64,000 bases of DNA, taken from the NCBI GenBank assembly GCA_046313635.1, contig JBKBYA010000010.1, positions 32,001 to 96,000 on the forward strand, given 5' to 3'. Each line of letters starts with the position of its first letter. Positions within the stretch are counted from its first letter, which is position 1. The position numbers and the translations under genes were made by a program. Below, one piece after another: positions 18,493 to 29,460 of this stretch. The notes beneath the pieces were generated by a model that was not told the origin of the DNA, made no database searches, and saw only the letters and a list, made by a program, of their open reading frames with translations. This stretch comes from Pyrinomonadaceae bacterium. GTDB taxonomy: Bacteria > Acidobacteriota > Blastocatellia > Pyrinomonadales > Pyrinomonadaceae.

Positions 18493-19668
18493 ATGAACTT
18501 TGAAACGATCAAGGCAGCTGAGGACGAGTTTCAGCTCGCGACCTACAAAAAGATGAATATCGCGGTCGAGCGCGGCCGCGGCGCGTGGGTCTGGACGAGC
18601 GAGGGCGAAAAGTATCTCGATCTATATGGCGGTCACGCCGTGTGCGCGACCGGCCACTCGCATCCGCACGTCGTCGAGGCGATACGGCGGCAGGCCGAGG
18701 AGGTGTTGTTTTATTCGAATCTCGTTTATTCCGAAACGCGTGCCCGCGCGGCGCAAAAGCTGGTCGCGGTCGCGCCGGCGAGCCTTACAAAAGTCTTCTT
18801 TTGCAATTCGGGCACCGAAGCCAACGAGAATGCGATGCGGATGGCGCGTATGGCGACGGGCCGCGAAAAGATCGTGACCTTCTCGGGCGGATTTCACGGC
18901 CGCACGGCCGATGCGATCAGCGCGACATTCCTCGGCAGATATCGCGAAATCGGAAGGCCGAACGTGCCCGGTCACGTGATGGCAGAGTTCGGTGACGTCG
19001 AGAGCACGCGGGCCGCAATAGATGAAGAGACGGCGGCCGTAATGATCGAGCCGATCCAGTCGATGGCGGGTGTACGCGAGGCCGAGCCGGAATTTTTTGT
19101 GGAGCTCCGCAAGGCCTGCGACGCGGTCGGAGCCAAGCTGATCTTCGACGAGGTGCAGACGGGCCTCGGACGAACGGGCGAATGGTTCTTTGCGGGCAGC
19201 TCGCATGCCGGCGGCGTCGAGCCCGACGTCGTCACGCTCGCAAAGTCGCTGGGGAGCGGCGTGCCCGTCGGCGCGTGCCTGGTCAACGAGTCGACGTCGT
19301 CGGCGATCAAAGAGAACGATCTCGGCACGACATTCGGCGGCGGAATGCTCGCGATGGCGGCAACGCTGGCCACGCTCGAGGCGATCGAATCGGACGACAT
19401 GGTCGCCGCCGCGGCGCGTATTGAAGCCGAGATCCGCGCGCAGCTTGAGCGAATCGACGGCGTGTCGAGCGTTCGCGGCAAAGGCTGTCTGCTCGGGATA
19501 GAATTCGCTAACGCAAAGGCTCCAGACATTCACGCGGCGCTGCTCGAGAAGCGGATCATCACCGGCACGTCGAGCGACCCGCGTGTGCTCAGGCTGCTGC
19601 CGCCGCTTTGCGTCGGGTCGGATGAGATCGGTTTGTTTGTCGAGGCATTGAATGAAGCACTTTCTTAG
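18493..19668 (+). CDS. argD: Acyl-ornithine aminotransferase (class III PLP)
   Basis: NSGTEANE, FHGRT, DEVQTG and TLAKSLG; arg operon context. Confidence 0.93.
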   Translation: MNFETIKAAEDEFQLATYKKMNIAVERGRGAWVWTSEGEKYLDLYGGHAVCATGHSHPHVVEAIRRQAEEVLFYSNLVYSETRARAAQKLVAVAPASLTKVFFCNSGTEANENAMRMARMATGREKIVTFSGGFHGRTADAISATFLGRYREIGRPNVPGHVMAEFGDVESTRAAIDEETAAVMIEPIQSMAGVREAEPEFFVELRKACDAVGAKLIFDEVQTGLGRTGEWFFAGSSHAGGVEPDVVTLAKSLGSGVPVGACLVNESTSSAIKENDLGTTFGGGMLAMAATLATLEAIESDDMVAAAARIEAEIRAQLERIDGVSSVRGKGCLLGIEFANAKAPDIHAALLEKRIITGTSSDPRVLRLLPPLCVGSDEIGLFVEALNEALS

Positions 19669-20647
19669 AACATCGGATCACTCGCGCAGCGATCTCGAGT
19701 CGCTGATCGACGACGCCTTTGCACGCAAGCGCGGCGATGACCGTTCGCGGCCGCTCGACGGCCGTTCGATCGCGCTCGTCTTTTTTAATCCCAGCCTGCG
19801 GACGCGCGCCTCGATGCAGGTCGGGATCTACGAGCTCGGCGGCAACGCCGTCATACTCGAGCCGGGCAGCACGTCTTGGACGCTCGAGCATCGCGAAGGC
19901 GTCGTGATGGACGGCGGCAAGACCGAGCACCTTAAAGAATTTGTCCAGGTGCTCGAACGCTACGTATCGGCGATCGGCGTGCGCACCTTTGCCGAGCTCA
20001 AAGATTGGCCGGCCGAACGCGAAGACCCGGTCCTCGCCGCCTTTGCACGTTACGCTTCAAAGCCGGTCATCAATCTCGAGTCGGCAATGCACCACCCGTG
20101 TCAGGCGATGGCGGATATGATGACCATTCGAGAACGCTTCGGCAGCGAGAAGAAAAAAGTGCTGCTGACCTGGGCCTGGCATCCGAAGCCGCTGCCGATG
20201 GCCGTGCCAAACAGTTTCGCGCTCGCCTCGGCCCAGCTCGGCCACGACCTACGCATCGCGCATCCGCCGGGCTACGAGCTGGACGAAGAACTCGTCGCGG
20301 AGATGCGCGAGCACGCGGACGCGAATGGCGGAAGCGTCGAATTTACCGACGACGTCGACGCGGCGTTCGACGGCGTCGAGGTCGTATATGCGAAGAGCTG
20401 GGGAGCGGCAAAGTTTTACGGCCGGCCCGACGCCGACATCGAGCACCGCGCCGCATTGCGTGATAAATGGATCGTCGATGCCGAAAAGATGCGGCGGACA
20501 AATGACGGCGTCTTTATGCACTGCCTGCCGGTACGCCGCAACGTGATCGTGACCGACGAGGTCATCGACTCGCCGAATTCCCTCGTGATCGACGAGGCGG
20601 AGAACCGGCTCCATATTCAGAAAGCGATCATGGCGAGGTTGATCTGA
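19652..20647 (+). CDS. argF': N-acyl(acetyl/succinyl)-ornithine carbamoyltransferase, ArgF' type
   Basis: FFNPSLRTR, HPCQ, WAWHPKPLPMAV loop, YAKSW and HCLPVRRN; these are AOTCase/SOTCase features rather than classical OTCase. Confidence 0.9.
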   Translation: MKHFLRTSDHSRSDLESLIDDAFARKRGDDRSRPLDGRSIALVFFNPSLRTRASMQVGIYELGGNAVILEPGSTSWTLEHREGVVMDGGKTEHLKEFVQVLERYVSAIGVRTFAELKDWPAEREDPVLAAFARYASKPVINLESAMHHPCQAMADMMTIRERFGSEKKKVLLTWAWHPKPLPMAVPNSFALASAQLGHDLRIAHPPGYELDEELVAEMREHADANGGSVEFTDDVDAAFDGVEVVYAKSWGAAKFYGRPDADIEHRAALRDKWIVDAEKMRRTNDGVFMHCLPVRRNVIVTDEVIDSPNSLVIDEAENRLHIQKAIMARLI

Positions 20648-21537
20648 TGGACATAAATACACTCGACCTGCTGAGGGAAGCTCTGCCCTACATTCAAAAA
20701 TTCAAGGGCAGTACATTTGTCGTCAAGCTCTCGGGCAAGGTTACGGAGGACAAGGAAAATCTTGCATCGCTCGCAGAGGAGCTGGCGCTCTTGCATCAGG
20801 TCGGCATACGCGTGTGCGTCGTGCACGGCGGCGGTAAGCAGCTCACCGAGCTCGCCGGCAAGCTCGGCGTCGAGCAAACGGTCGTCGAGGGACGACGCGT
20901 TACCGACGACGACACGCTCGACCTGGCGATGATGGTCTTTCGAGGCAAGATCAACACCGAGATCCTCTCGGCGCTCCGGCATCGCGGCACGCATGCGGTC
21001 GGGCTGTCGGGTGTCGACGGCGGCGTGGTAAAAGCCGTGAGGCGGCCGCCGAAAAAGGTGCTTAATCGCGAGACCGGCAGCGAAGAGACCGTGGACTACG
21101 GCCACGTCGGCGACGTTGTCGACGTCGACGCACGTCTAATTCACATCCTGCTCGACGGCGACTACATGCCGGTCATCTCGTCGCTCGGTGCGGACGACGA
21201 AGGCAACATATTTAACATCAACGCAGATACGATCGCTGCCGAGATAGCCGTCCGACTGCAGGCGGAAAAGCTCATTCTGCTCTCGGATGTGAACGGCATC
21301 TATCTCGACCCCGCGGACGACTCGACCAAGATCGATCGCCTGACGATCGCCGACGCCGCGGAGATGATCGCATCTGGCCGCGCGACCGGCGGGATGATAC
21401 CAAAGCTTCAGAATCTCGTCTCGCTCGTCTCTCGCGGCGTGCATTCGGCGCACGTGATCGGCGGCACGCGGCGCAACGCTCTGCTCTCCGAGGTCTTTAC
21501 CGACGAGGGTACGGGCACGATGATCGTCGCGGAATAA
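20647..21537 (+). CDS. argB: Acetylglutamate kinase
   Basis: LREALPYIQKF, VHGGG, NINAD and GGMIPK. Confidence 0.95.
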   Translation: MDINTLDLLREALPYIQKFKGSTFVVKLSGKVTEDKENLASLAEELALLHQVGIRVCVVHGGGKQLTELAGKLGVEQTVVEGRRVTDDDTLDLAMMVFRGKINTEILSALRHRGTHAVGLSGVDGGVVKAVRRPPKKVLNRETGSEETVDYGHVGDVVDVDARLIHILLDGDYMPVISSLGADDEGNIFNINADTIAAEIAVRLQAEKLILLSDVNGIYLDPADDSTKIDRLTIADAAEMIASGRATGGMIPKLQNLVSLVSRGVHSAHVIGGTRRNALLSEVFTDEGTGTMIVAE

Positions 21538-21541
21538 AACG

Positions 21542-21575
21542 AAAAAGAGCAGGTCGCTTGACCTGCTCCTTTCTT
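21542..21575. terminator. Bidirectional terminator between argB and tRNA-Leu
   Basis: AAAAA-GAGCAGGTC-GCTT-GACCTGCTC-CTTTCTT. Confidence 0.75.
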
Positions 21576-21580
21576 AGAGA

Positions 21581-21665
21581 TGGTGCCGAGGGCGGGACTC
21601 GAACCCGCACGGATCGCTCCACACGCCCCTCAAACGTGCGCGGCTACCAATTACGCCACCTCGGC
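21581..21665 (-). tRNA. tRNA-Leu (anticodon GAG)
   Basis: GCCGAGG acceptor stem, CACGT-TTGAGGG-GCGTG anticodon arm, long variable arm, GGTTCGAGTC T-loop and encoded CCA; typical position after secG. Confidence 0.97.
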
Positions 21666-21708
21666 TTTTCTGACTCGGGCCCTACAGATCGTGCCCGGTG
21701 TAAAAGAA

Positions 21709-22149
21709 CTATTTGTTTGCGGCCGGTGCCGAGTTTGCGGCAGGAGCGTTGGCGTTCGCATTCGCCGCATCCTGCTTAAACTCTTCGGTCGCGGGAGTCT
21801 CGATCAAAGCGCCGTTAGAATTTGCGGCGGCGTTCGAGTCTGCGGCTCCGCTCGACGGCTCGCCGGCGACCGGGATCTCAACGGGAGCCTCGGCGGGAGC
21901 CGAATTCAAAACCGACACGTTTCCGCTCAAAGCCGGCATCGAGATCATCAGGGCCGAGATCATAAAGACCGCGGCGGTGATGATCGTGATCTTTGAAAGC
22001 ACGGTCGCCGTGCCGCGCGGGCCAAAGGCGTTGCTCGATACGTTGCTGGTAAAGAGCGCTCCCGCGTCGGTCTTGCCGGGCTGCAGCAGCACGACCGCGA
22101 TCAGCACCAGGCACGAGAGGAAAAAGATTGTGTACAAAACGTAAAGCAA
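21709..22149 (-). CDS. secG: Preprotein translocase subunit SecG
   Basis: Two TMs, VLLQ.GK and L.KIT motifs, low-complexity tail; tpiA-secG-tRNA-Leu synteny. Start codon uncertain. Confidence 0.92.
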   Translation of the reverse strand: MLYVLYTIFFLSCLVLIAVVLLQPGKTDAGALFTSNVSSNAFGPRGTATVLSKITIITAAVFMISALMISMPALSGNVSVLNSAPAEAPVEIPVAGEPSSGAADSNAAANSNGALIETPATEEFKQDAANANANAPAANSAPAANK

Positions 22150-22167
22150 AGTGTTTACCGTCCGAAT

Positions 22168-22923
22168 CTATTTGTAATTGACGATCGCGGCGAAGCTGTG
22201 AGCGTCGAGACTGGCCCCGCCGACGAGTGCCCCGTCAACATCGGGCTGGTCCATCAACGACCGGATATTGTCGGGTTTTACCGAACCGCCGTACAAAATT
22301 CTCAAAGCACCGGCCGGCTCGCTGCCATGCACCTCCGCAAAAACCTGCCGGATGTAGCCGTGCATTTCTTGAGCCTGTTCAGGCGTCGCGGTTTTACCCG
22401 TTCCGATCGCCCAGACAGGCTCGTAAGCAATGATGATACGTTCCGCATCTGCTCGTGTCAAACCCTCAAGACCGCCGATTAATTGGGCGCGAACGACCTT
22501 TTCGGCGTTGCCCGAGGTGCGCTCGGCGAGCGACTCGCCGACGCACACGATCGGCTGCAGACCGGCGGCAAGGGCCGCTTTTGTCTTCCGATTTACGGAC
22601 GCGTCGGTCTCGCAGTAGTACTGCCGGCGCTCGGAATGGCCGATTATCACGGCCGAACAGCCGACATCCCTGAGCATTGCGGCGTTGACCTCGCCGGTGT
22701 GCGCGCCCTCGGCCGTCTCGGTCGAGCAGTCTTGCGCGGCGATGCGAATATTCGAGCCCTCGAGCCGGTCAGCGACGACCTTCAACGCGGTAAAGACCGG
22801 CGCGATCACGACGTCGCAGTGATTCGCATTCGCGACTAGCGGCTTGAGCGCGAGAGCCGTCTCGACGGCCTCGCCGAGCAGCTTGTACATTTTCCAGTTT
22901 CCGGCGATCAGCGGCTTTCTCAT
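22168..22923 (-). CDS. tpiA: Triosephosphate isomerase
   Basis: [23 protein letters not shown] and YGGSV. Confidence 0.98.
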   Translation of the reverse strand: MRKPLIAGNWKMYKLLGEAVETALALKPLVANANHCDVVIAPVFTALKVVADRLEGSNIRIAAQDCSTETAEGAHTGEVNAAMLRDVGCSAVIIGHSERRQYYCETDASVNRKTKAALAAGLQPIVCVGESLAERTSGNAEKVVRAQLIGGLEGLTRADAERIIIAYEPVWAIGTGKTATPEQAQEMHGYIRQVFAEVHGSEPAGALRILYGGSVKPDNIRSLMDQPDVDGALVGGASLDAHSFAAIVNYK

Positions 22924-22927
22924 TGGA

Positions 22928-24241
22928 TCATTTGTCATCGAGGGCTGCTACGCCCGGCAGAATGGCGCCGGCAAGAAATTCGAGCGTCGCGCCGCCGCCC
23001 GTGGAGATGTGCGAGATGCGCTGCTCGACCCCGGCCAGCTTGACGGCCGAGACCGAGTCGCCTCCGCCGATGATCGAGACGGCCCCTTTGTCGGTGGCTT
23101 CGGCGACGGCATGTGCGATCGCGATCGTTCCCTCGTCGAACGGCTTTTCTTCAAACATCCCCATCGGGCCGTTCCAAACGATCGTCTTTGCGCCCTCGAG
23201 AGCGTGCTTGTATCGCTCGATTGTCTCCGTGCCGATGTCGAGGCCGACGAGGCCCGCATTAGTAAAGTCGATCGGGATGGTCTTGCGCGAATTGAGCGGA
23301 TCGTAAGAGTCAACGACCTGATGGTCGGTCGGCAGCAAAAGTTCGACGCCCGCCTCGCGTGCCTTTTGCTCGATCTTGAGCGCGGTCTCGAGCATCTCGT
23401 CCTCGACGAGCGATTTGCCGACGGTGAAGCCGTTCGCCTTAAAGAAGGTGTACGCCATCGCGCCGCCGATCAGCAGCTTGTCGACCCGCCGTTCGATGAG
23501 CGATTCGATCACGGGTATCTTGTCGGAGACCTTTGCTCCGCCGAGGATCGCGACGAACGGGCGGTCGGGTTCGTGCAGAGCTTTGCCGAGAAAGGCGAGC
23601 TCTTTTTCCATCAGCAGTCCGGCGACGCAGGCGTCCACGTAATGCGTGATCCCCTCGGTCGACGCGTGTGCCCGGTGCGCGGTGCCGAAGGCGTCGTTGA
23701 CATAAACGTCGCAAAGGGCCGCGAGCTGTGCGGCGAACTCGGGATCGTTCTTTTCCTCGCCGGCGTGAAGCCTGAGGTTTTCAAGCAGCAGCACCTGGCC
23801 GTCAGTCAGTCGCTCAACCGCCTGTCTCGCCTCTTCGCCGATGCAGTCGCCGGCAAAGAAAACGCGTTCGTTCCGGATCTCGGCCTTCCCCACCGCCGCG
23901 CCCTCGGCGGCGGCGAGAGGCTGTTCGGGCGACGATCCCGAGACGTCCCGGAGTTCGGGCAGCGTTCTCAGAAATTCGTAAACCGGCCGTAAAGAATATT
24001 TCGACGCGTCGTACGGCATTCCCTTTTCCTCGGCCTTTTGCTTGTCCTTGATCGGCCGGCCGAGATGCGACGCGAGGATCACTTTCGCATTATGGGCGAT
24101 CGCATATTCGATCGTCGGCATCGCGCCGATGATGCGCGTCGCGTCGGTGATCTTTCCGTCCTTGATGGGCACGTTGAAATCGACCCGGATGAAGACTCTC
24201 TTTCCGGCGATATCGATATCTCGAATGGTCTTTTTATTCAT
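22928..24241 (-). CDS. pgk: Phosphoglycerate kinase
   Basis: [25 protein letters not shown] and STGGGA. Confidence 0.98.
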   Translation of the reverse strand: MNKKTIRDIDIAGKRVFIRVDFNVPIKDGKITDATRIIGAMPTIEYAIAHNAKVILASHLGRPIKDKQKAEEKGMPYDASKYSLRPVYEFLRTLPELRDVSGSSPEQPLAAAEGAAVGKAEIRNERVFFAGDCIGEEARQAVERLTDGQVLLLENLRLHAGEEKNDPEFAAQLAALCDVYVNDAFGTAHRAHASTEGITHYVDACVAGLLMEKELAFLGKALHEPDRPFVAILGGAKVSDKIPVIESLIERRVDKLLIGGAMAYTFFKANGFTVGKSLVEDEMLETALKIEQKAREAGVELLLPTDHQVVDSYDPLNSRKTIPIDFTNAGLVGLDIGTETIERYKHALEGAKTIVWNGPMGMFEEKPFDEGTIAIAHAVAEATDKGAVSIIGGGDSVSAVKLAGVEQRISHISTGGGATLEFLAGAILPGVAALDDK

Positions 24242-24306
24242 TGACAACCTCCACTGTCGCCGATGCGGGGCGGCAGGGTTCACAAACAAACTTGGCGGGC
24301 CTTAGA

Positions 24307-25347
<1,041 letters not shown>

Positions 25348-25358
25348 CTAAAACTTTG

Positions 25359-25387
25359 AAGATAAACGAATCGACGTCAAACTTCAA
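25359..25387 (-). promoter_or_regulatory. Candidate sigma70 promoter of the gap operon
   Basis: TTGAAG-N17-TATCTT on the minus strand, upstream of a GGAGG RBS. Confidence 0.5.
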
Positions 25388-25510
25388 CGAGCATCCCGGC
25401 CGCTGCGCGCGGCCAATTAGTTGAAACTCGATCAGATAAAAGAGCGTAGTAGCCGGTTGAGTCAGCTTTAGATAGATTTGAATCAGCTTTTCCCGAAAAC
25501 TCCAGAAAAA

Positions 25511-27310
25511 ATGATGATCGCCCGCAAAATTGCATTCGCCTCTCTCGCGTCCGCGACGATGGCGCTGGCGTCTGCCGGAGGCGTGTATTGCCAGCAGACG
25601 AGTAACGAAGCGCCGCAGACCGGCATCGTCGAGATCAAGTTCGCCGCTCCGGCCGCCGGCCGCCGCGCCGGTGACCAGGCTCCCTCGCCCGACCTCGCTC
25701 GCGCGGGCGTACAGACAGCTCAGCCCGTCTCGATATCGCTCAACGATGCGATCCGCCGAGCGCTCGCGAACAATAACTCGATCGAGGTGTCGCGGGGCGA
25801 CGTCAGGTTTCAGGCGACGCAGGTCGAGGCGCTCAAGGGATTCTACGATCCGGTTTTTCAGTCGACGCCGACTTACACGCGAACGTCCCGGACGGGCTCG
25901 ACCGCGACCAACGACATTCGCCTCAATTCGGGCGTCAGCGGATCGATCAAGCCGGGCGGCGGAGACTACCAGTTCTTTTTCAACAACGCCCGTACCGAGA
26001 GCGCCTTCGCGCAGGCGCAGGCGACGTCCGGTTCGGTGACGGCAAGCAGCGGAGCTCTCTACACCTCGGCGCTCGGCGTGCAGTACAACCAGCCTCTGCT
26101 GCGAAACTTCGCCATCGACAGCACTCGGCGGAACATACGCATCGCCAAGAAGCGTCTCGAGCAGAACGATGCCGATTTCCGCACGACCGCGGTCGACACG
26201 GTCAATCAGGTGCAGCGTGCATATTGGGACCTCGTTTTTGCTCTGCGTGACCAGCAGAATCAGATCGCGAACGTCAACCTCGCGCGCGAGAACCTTCGCC
26301 AGGCCGAGGCCCGCATCGACGCAGGCGCAGCGGCCCCGCTCGAACGGGCCGAGGTCGCGACCGAGCTGGCAAACCGTGAGGCGAGCCTGCTGCTCGCCAC
26401 GCAGCAGGTTTCGATCGCAGAGAATCGTCTAAAGCAGCTCGTTCTTCGCGATCCGCTGTCGGTCGAGTGGTCGCAGAGCTTTACGCCGGTTGACGCTCCC
26501 GCCGTCACTGACGAGCCGGTGAGCATGGAGCAGGCTGTGAGAGATGCGATACAAAATCGTCATGAGCTCAAACGACTTCGTCTCGAGCGGGAGATCAACG
26601 AGGTCGACATCCGCTACTTCAAAGATCAGCTCAGACCGCAGGTCGACCTGAATACGACGGTTTCGCTTAACGGCCTTTCGCGCGGCGGAGCCAACAACGG
26701 TTTTGTCACAAACCAGTTCACAGGCACCAATGAACTCGCTCTCCTCAGCGGCCTCAACCGTGCGCTGGCCGCGCTAAATCAGCCGACGGTGCCCAACCCT
26801 TCGATCACGATCCCGCCGCAGCCCGCTTTCTTTTACGGCGGATTTGATCGGTCGCTGGGCAATCTGTTTCGGACGGACGCGCCTAATTTTTCGCTTGGCG
26901 TGACGATCTCATTCCCTTTCCGCAATCGCACGGCAAAGGCCAACCTTGCCGGGGCACGCGTCATCGAGGAGCAGCTCGCGGCCCGCACGCGTGCTCAGGA
27001 GCAAGCCGTGATCGTCGAGGTCCGCAATGCCGTGCAGGCGGTCGAGACCGCACGGCAGCGTGTGCTTACCGCTCGGCGGGCGCGTGAGAATGCGGAGATC
27101 CAGCTCGCCGGCGAAAAGAAGCTCTATGAGGCAGGGCGTTCGACGACATTCCTGCTCTTTCAGCGAGAGAATGCTCTGACCAACGCCCGCAACGCCGAGA
27201 TCCGCTCTGAGACCGATTACAACAAGGCCGTCGCCGACCTTCAGCGGGCGACGTCGACCTCTCTGACGGCAAACGGCGTCGAGGTCGATAATCCCGTTCC
27301 GCAGCAATGA
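25511..27310 (+). CDS. TolC family outer-membrane efflux protein
   Basis: Signal peptide and two OEP repeats (ISLNDAIRRALANN, QPLLRNF, V..AYW, ISFPFRN, LYEAGRST). Start approximate. Confidence 0.92.
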   Translation: MMIARKIAFASLASATMALASAGGVYCQQTSNEAPQTGIVEIKFAAPAAGRRAGDQAPSPDLARAGVQTAQPVSISLNDAIRRALANNNSIEVSRGDVRFQATQVEALKGFYDPVFQSTPTYTRTSRTGSTATNDIRLNSGVSGSIKPGGGDYQFFFNNARTESAFAQAQATSGSVTASSGALYTSALGVQYNQPLLRNFAIDSTRRNIRIAKKRLEQNDADFRTTAVDTVNQVQRAYWDLVFALRDQQNQIANVNLARENLRQAEARIDAGAAAPLERAEVATELANREASLLLATQQVSIAENRLKQLVLRDPLSVEWSQSFTPVDAPAVTDEPVSMEQAVRDAIQNRHELKRLRLEREINEVDIRYFKDQLRPQVDLNTTVSLNGLSRGGANNGFVTNQFTGTNELALLSGLNRALAALNQPTVPNPSITIPPQPAFFYGGFDRSLGNLFRTDAPNFSLGVTISFPFRNRTAKANLAGARVIEEQLAARTRAQEQAVIVEVRNAVQAVETARQRVLTARRARENAEIQLAGEKKLYEAGRSTTFLLFQRENALTNARNAEIRSETDYNKAVADLQRATSTSLTANGVEVDNPVPQQ

Positions 27311-27334
27311 CACACGCAGGCATTTTGTCATCGG

Positions 27335-27358
27335 GGGCCGGCGCGTGCCGGCCCTTTT
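27335..27358 (+). terminator. Intrinsic terminator after the TolC gene
   Basis: GGGCCGGC-GCGT-GCCGGCCC-TTTT. Confidence 0.75.
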
Positions 27359-27391
27359 GAGTTTGCGCCTATCTTTGCGACAATCCACGGC

Positions 27392-28159
27392 GTGAAGATC
27401 TCGGCCGTCATCATCACCCGTGACGAGGAGCGCAATATCGCAGACTGCATCAAGTCGGTCGAATGGGCCGACGAGGTGCTCGTCGTTGATTCGGGCAGCG
27501 AGGACGCGACGACCGACATCGCGGTGCGTCTCGGCGCACGCGTCGTTGCGCGAGAGTGGCGAGGCTTTGCCGATCAAAAGCAATTTGCCGCCGAGACGGC
27601 CGCGAACGATTGGATCTTGAGTCTCGACGCGGACGAGCGCGTTACCGCCGAGCTTGCCCGCGAGATAGACGATCTGCGTTCGAGTTCGCGACTCGCCGAT
27701 CACGACGCCTACAGCATCCCGCGGCTGTCGGTTTATATGGGGCGAGAGATCAGGCACGGCGGCTGGTACCCCGACCGCCAGACGCGGCTCTTTGACCGGC
27801 GGCGTGCGTCGTGGAGGCGGCGCGTGATACACGAGTCTATCGAGCTTGAGCGGCCCGACCGGCTCGGCAGACTGCAGGGCGATATCGTGCACTATTCGGT
27901 GCGGAGCGCGGCCGAGCACGCGCGAATGATCGTCGAGCGCTATGCTCCGCTCTCAGCCGAACAAATGCTCGCCGACGGCCGCACGACCTCGCCGCTTCGG
28001 ATCGCGTTGGCCGGGCCCGAGGCGTTCTTTCGCTCGTATCTGCTGCGGGCCGGCTGTCTCGACGGATTTCCCGGATTTTGTATCGCCGGCTTTGCCGCGT
28101 TCAATTCGTTTCTCAAGCATTTGCTGCTCTACGACAAGCAGCGCTCTCGACGCGCCTAG
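27392..28159 (+). CDS. Glycosyltransferase family 2 (KdtX/WaaE-like LPS core beta-glucosyltransferase)
   Basis: VVDSGSED.T, LDADE, GWYPD...RLF and IHE. Confidence 0.9.
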   Translation: MKISAVIITRDEERNIADCIKSVEWADEVLVVDSGSEDATTDIAVRLGARVVAREWRGFADQKQFAAETAANDWILSLDADERVTAELAREIDDLRSSSRLADHDAYSIPRLSVYMGREIRHGGWYPDRQTRLFDRRRASWRRRVIHESIELERPDRLGRLQGDIVHYSVRSAAEHARMIVERYAPLSAEQMLADGRTTSPLRIALAGPEAFFRSYLLRAGCLDGFPGFCIAGFAAFNSFLKHLLLYDKQRSRRA

Positions 28160-28275
28160 CAAGTGGCCTCGGCCGCAACAACCGTGACACGCCTTTGGCG
28201 CATCATATTCTTGCCACCGGTACGGTCAACGGACTATTCTGAACTCGGTAAGCTCGGATCGCCGTAAAAAAAAGT

Positions 28276-28899
28276 ATGAAGAGCACTCTCAACCTGCTTC
28301 TCGTTCTAGTGCTGGCGACCCTCAGCGCTTTTGGGCAAAAGGGCATCGACACGCAGACGCAGCGAATAAAGCAGGACGCCAACCGCACGACGACGCGGGA
28401 GGGCGACGCCAACCGGTCGTTCGATTGGGGCAAGGGCAAGACCCGCGTCCGCGACCGGCTCGACAACCCTTACCGGTTCAGCGCGCGGCGCGATATGCTG
28501 ATCGACAGCGTGATGCAGGTACTCAAAGACAAGCATCTCATCGTCGACGACGCGGCGTCGCGGCTCCGCGAAGGCATCATCGTTACGCAGCCGTACGTTT
28601 TTGCAAAGGGGCCTGTGACCACGCCAAGCGAATTGAGCCGATACGCCGACCTCGCTCCGGGCGGGGCGTGGTCGCGAGCTCAGTACACGCTTACGATCGA
28701 GGTACAGCCGGTCGACGGCATCCGCCATAACGTCTCGGTCACAGCCAAGGTAGAGGGGCGCTCGGGTAACGGATTGATGTCGGAGTGGACGACGGTCCAG
28801 AGCTCGGGCCTCGCCGAGGACGAGTTTCTCGCGAAGCTCGTCGAAGCCATGACCGGAGCGTCGCCGGACGCTCCTCAAGACACGGGCGAGAAGCCGTAG
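28276..28899 (+). CDS. Hypothetical exported protein
   Basis: Signal peptide followed by an alpha/beta domain loosely resembling a helix-grip (BamC-like) fold. Confidence 0.8.
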   Translation: MKSTLNLLLVLVLATLSAFGQKGIDTQTQRIKQDANRTTTREGDANRSFDWGKGKTRVRDRLDNPYRFSARRDMLIDSVMQVLKDKHLIVDDAASRLREGIIVTQPYVFAKGPVTTPSELSRYADLAPGGAWSRAQYTLTIEVQPVDGIRHNVSVTAKVEGRSGNGLMSEWTTVQSSGLAEDEFLAKLVEAMTGASPDAPQDTGEKP

Positions 28900-28916
28900 C
28901 CCGCACGCGGTCATTT

Positions 28917-29453
28917 ATGATCCCGAGGATTTTGAGCATATTTGTGATCGTCTTTGCGATGGCCGCCGCGGTCGCCGCACAGGTACCCAATCCCAATGCG
29001 TCCGCGCCGCCGAGGCCGGAGGAGCCGGATCTCCAGACGAACAGCATCCGCGAGATGCTGACAAAGCTGCAGATCGACCAGGCAAAAAAAGATTTTGACG
29101 AGATGCTCGAGCGCGGCGACGAGGCGCTCAAGCTCTCGGAGCAGATCCAGGAGAGCTTTTCGAGATCCGGCTCGCTTACGAGCGGCGACCGCCAAAAGCT
29201 TCAGGAGCTCGAAAAGCTTGTCAAGAAGATCCGCGGCGAGCTCGGCGGCGACGATCCTGACGAATCCGAGACCGGCGAGGACGGCCGATCGGCGCCGACC
29301 GACGTCGTATCGACGGTCAAACGGCTCCCGGATCTGGCGGGCCGTCTGGTAACGGAGCTTAAAAAGACGACGCGATTTACCATCTCGGCGACGGCGATCC
29401 AAAGCTCTAACGCCGTCCTGCGTGCGGTGCGGTTTCTGCGAAGCGGCAAATGA
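28917..29453 (+). CDS. Hypothetical exported helical protein
   Basis: Signal peptide MIPRILSIF...AVAA and a helical, coiled-coil-like body. Confidence 0.8.
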   Translation: MIPRILSIFVIVFAMAAAVAAQVPNPNASAPPRPEEPDLQTNSIREMLTKLQIDQAKKDFDEMLERGDEALKLSEQIQESFSRSGSLTSGDRQKLQELEKLVKKIRGELGGDDPDESETGEDGRSAPTDVVSTVKRLPDLAGRLVTELKKTTRFTISATAIQSSNAVLRAVRFLRSGK

Positions 29454-29460
29454 CCCGACC

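Noticed and set aside
21538..21600. tRNA-Leu 3' end as an integration site
   Set aside because: No integrase, no duplicated tRNA 3' fragment seen, and the neighbouring genes are housekeeping arg genes.
28195..28215. Possible sigma54 promoter TTGGCG...TTGC
   Set aside because: The GG-to-GC spacing is 14 nt rather than the required 10.
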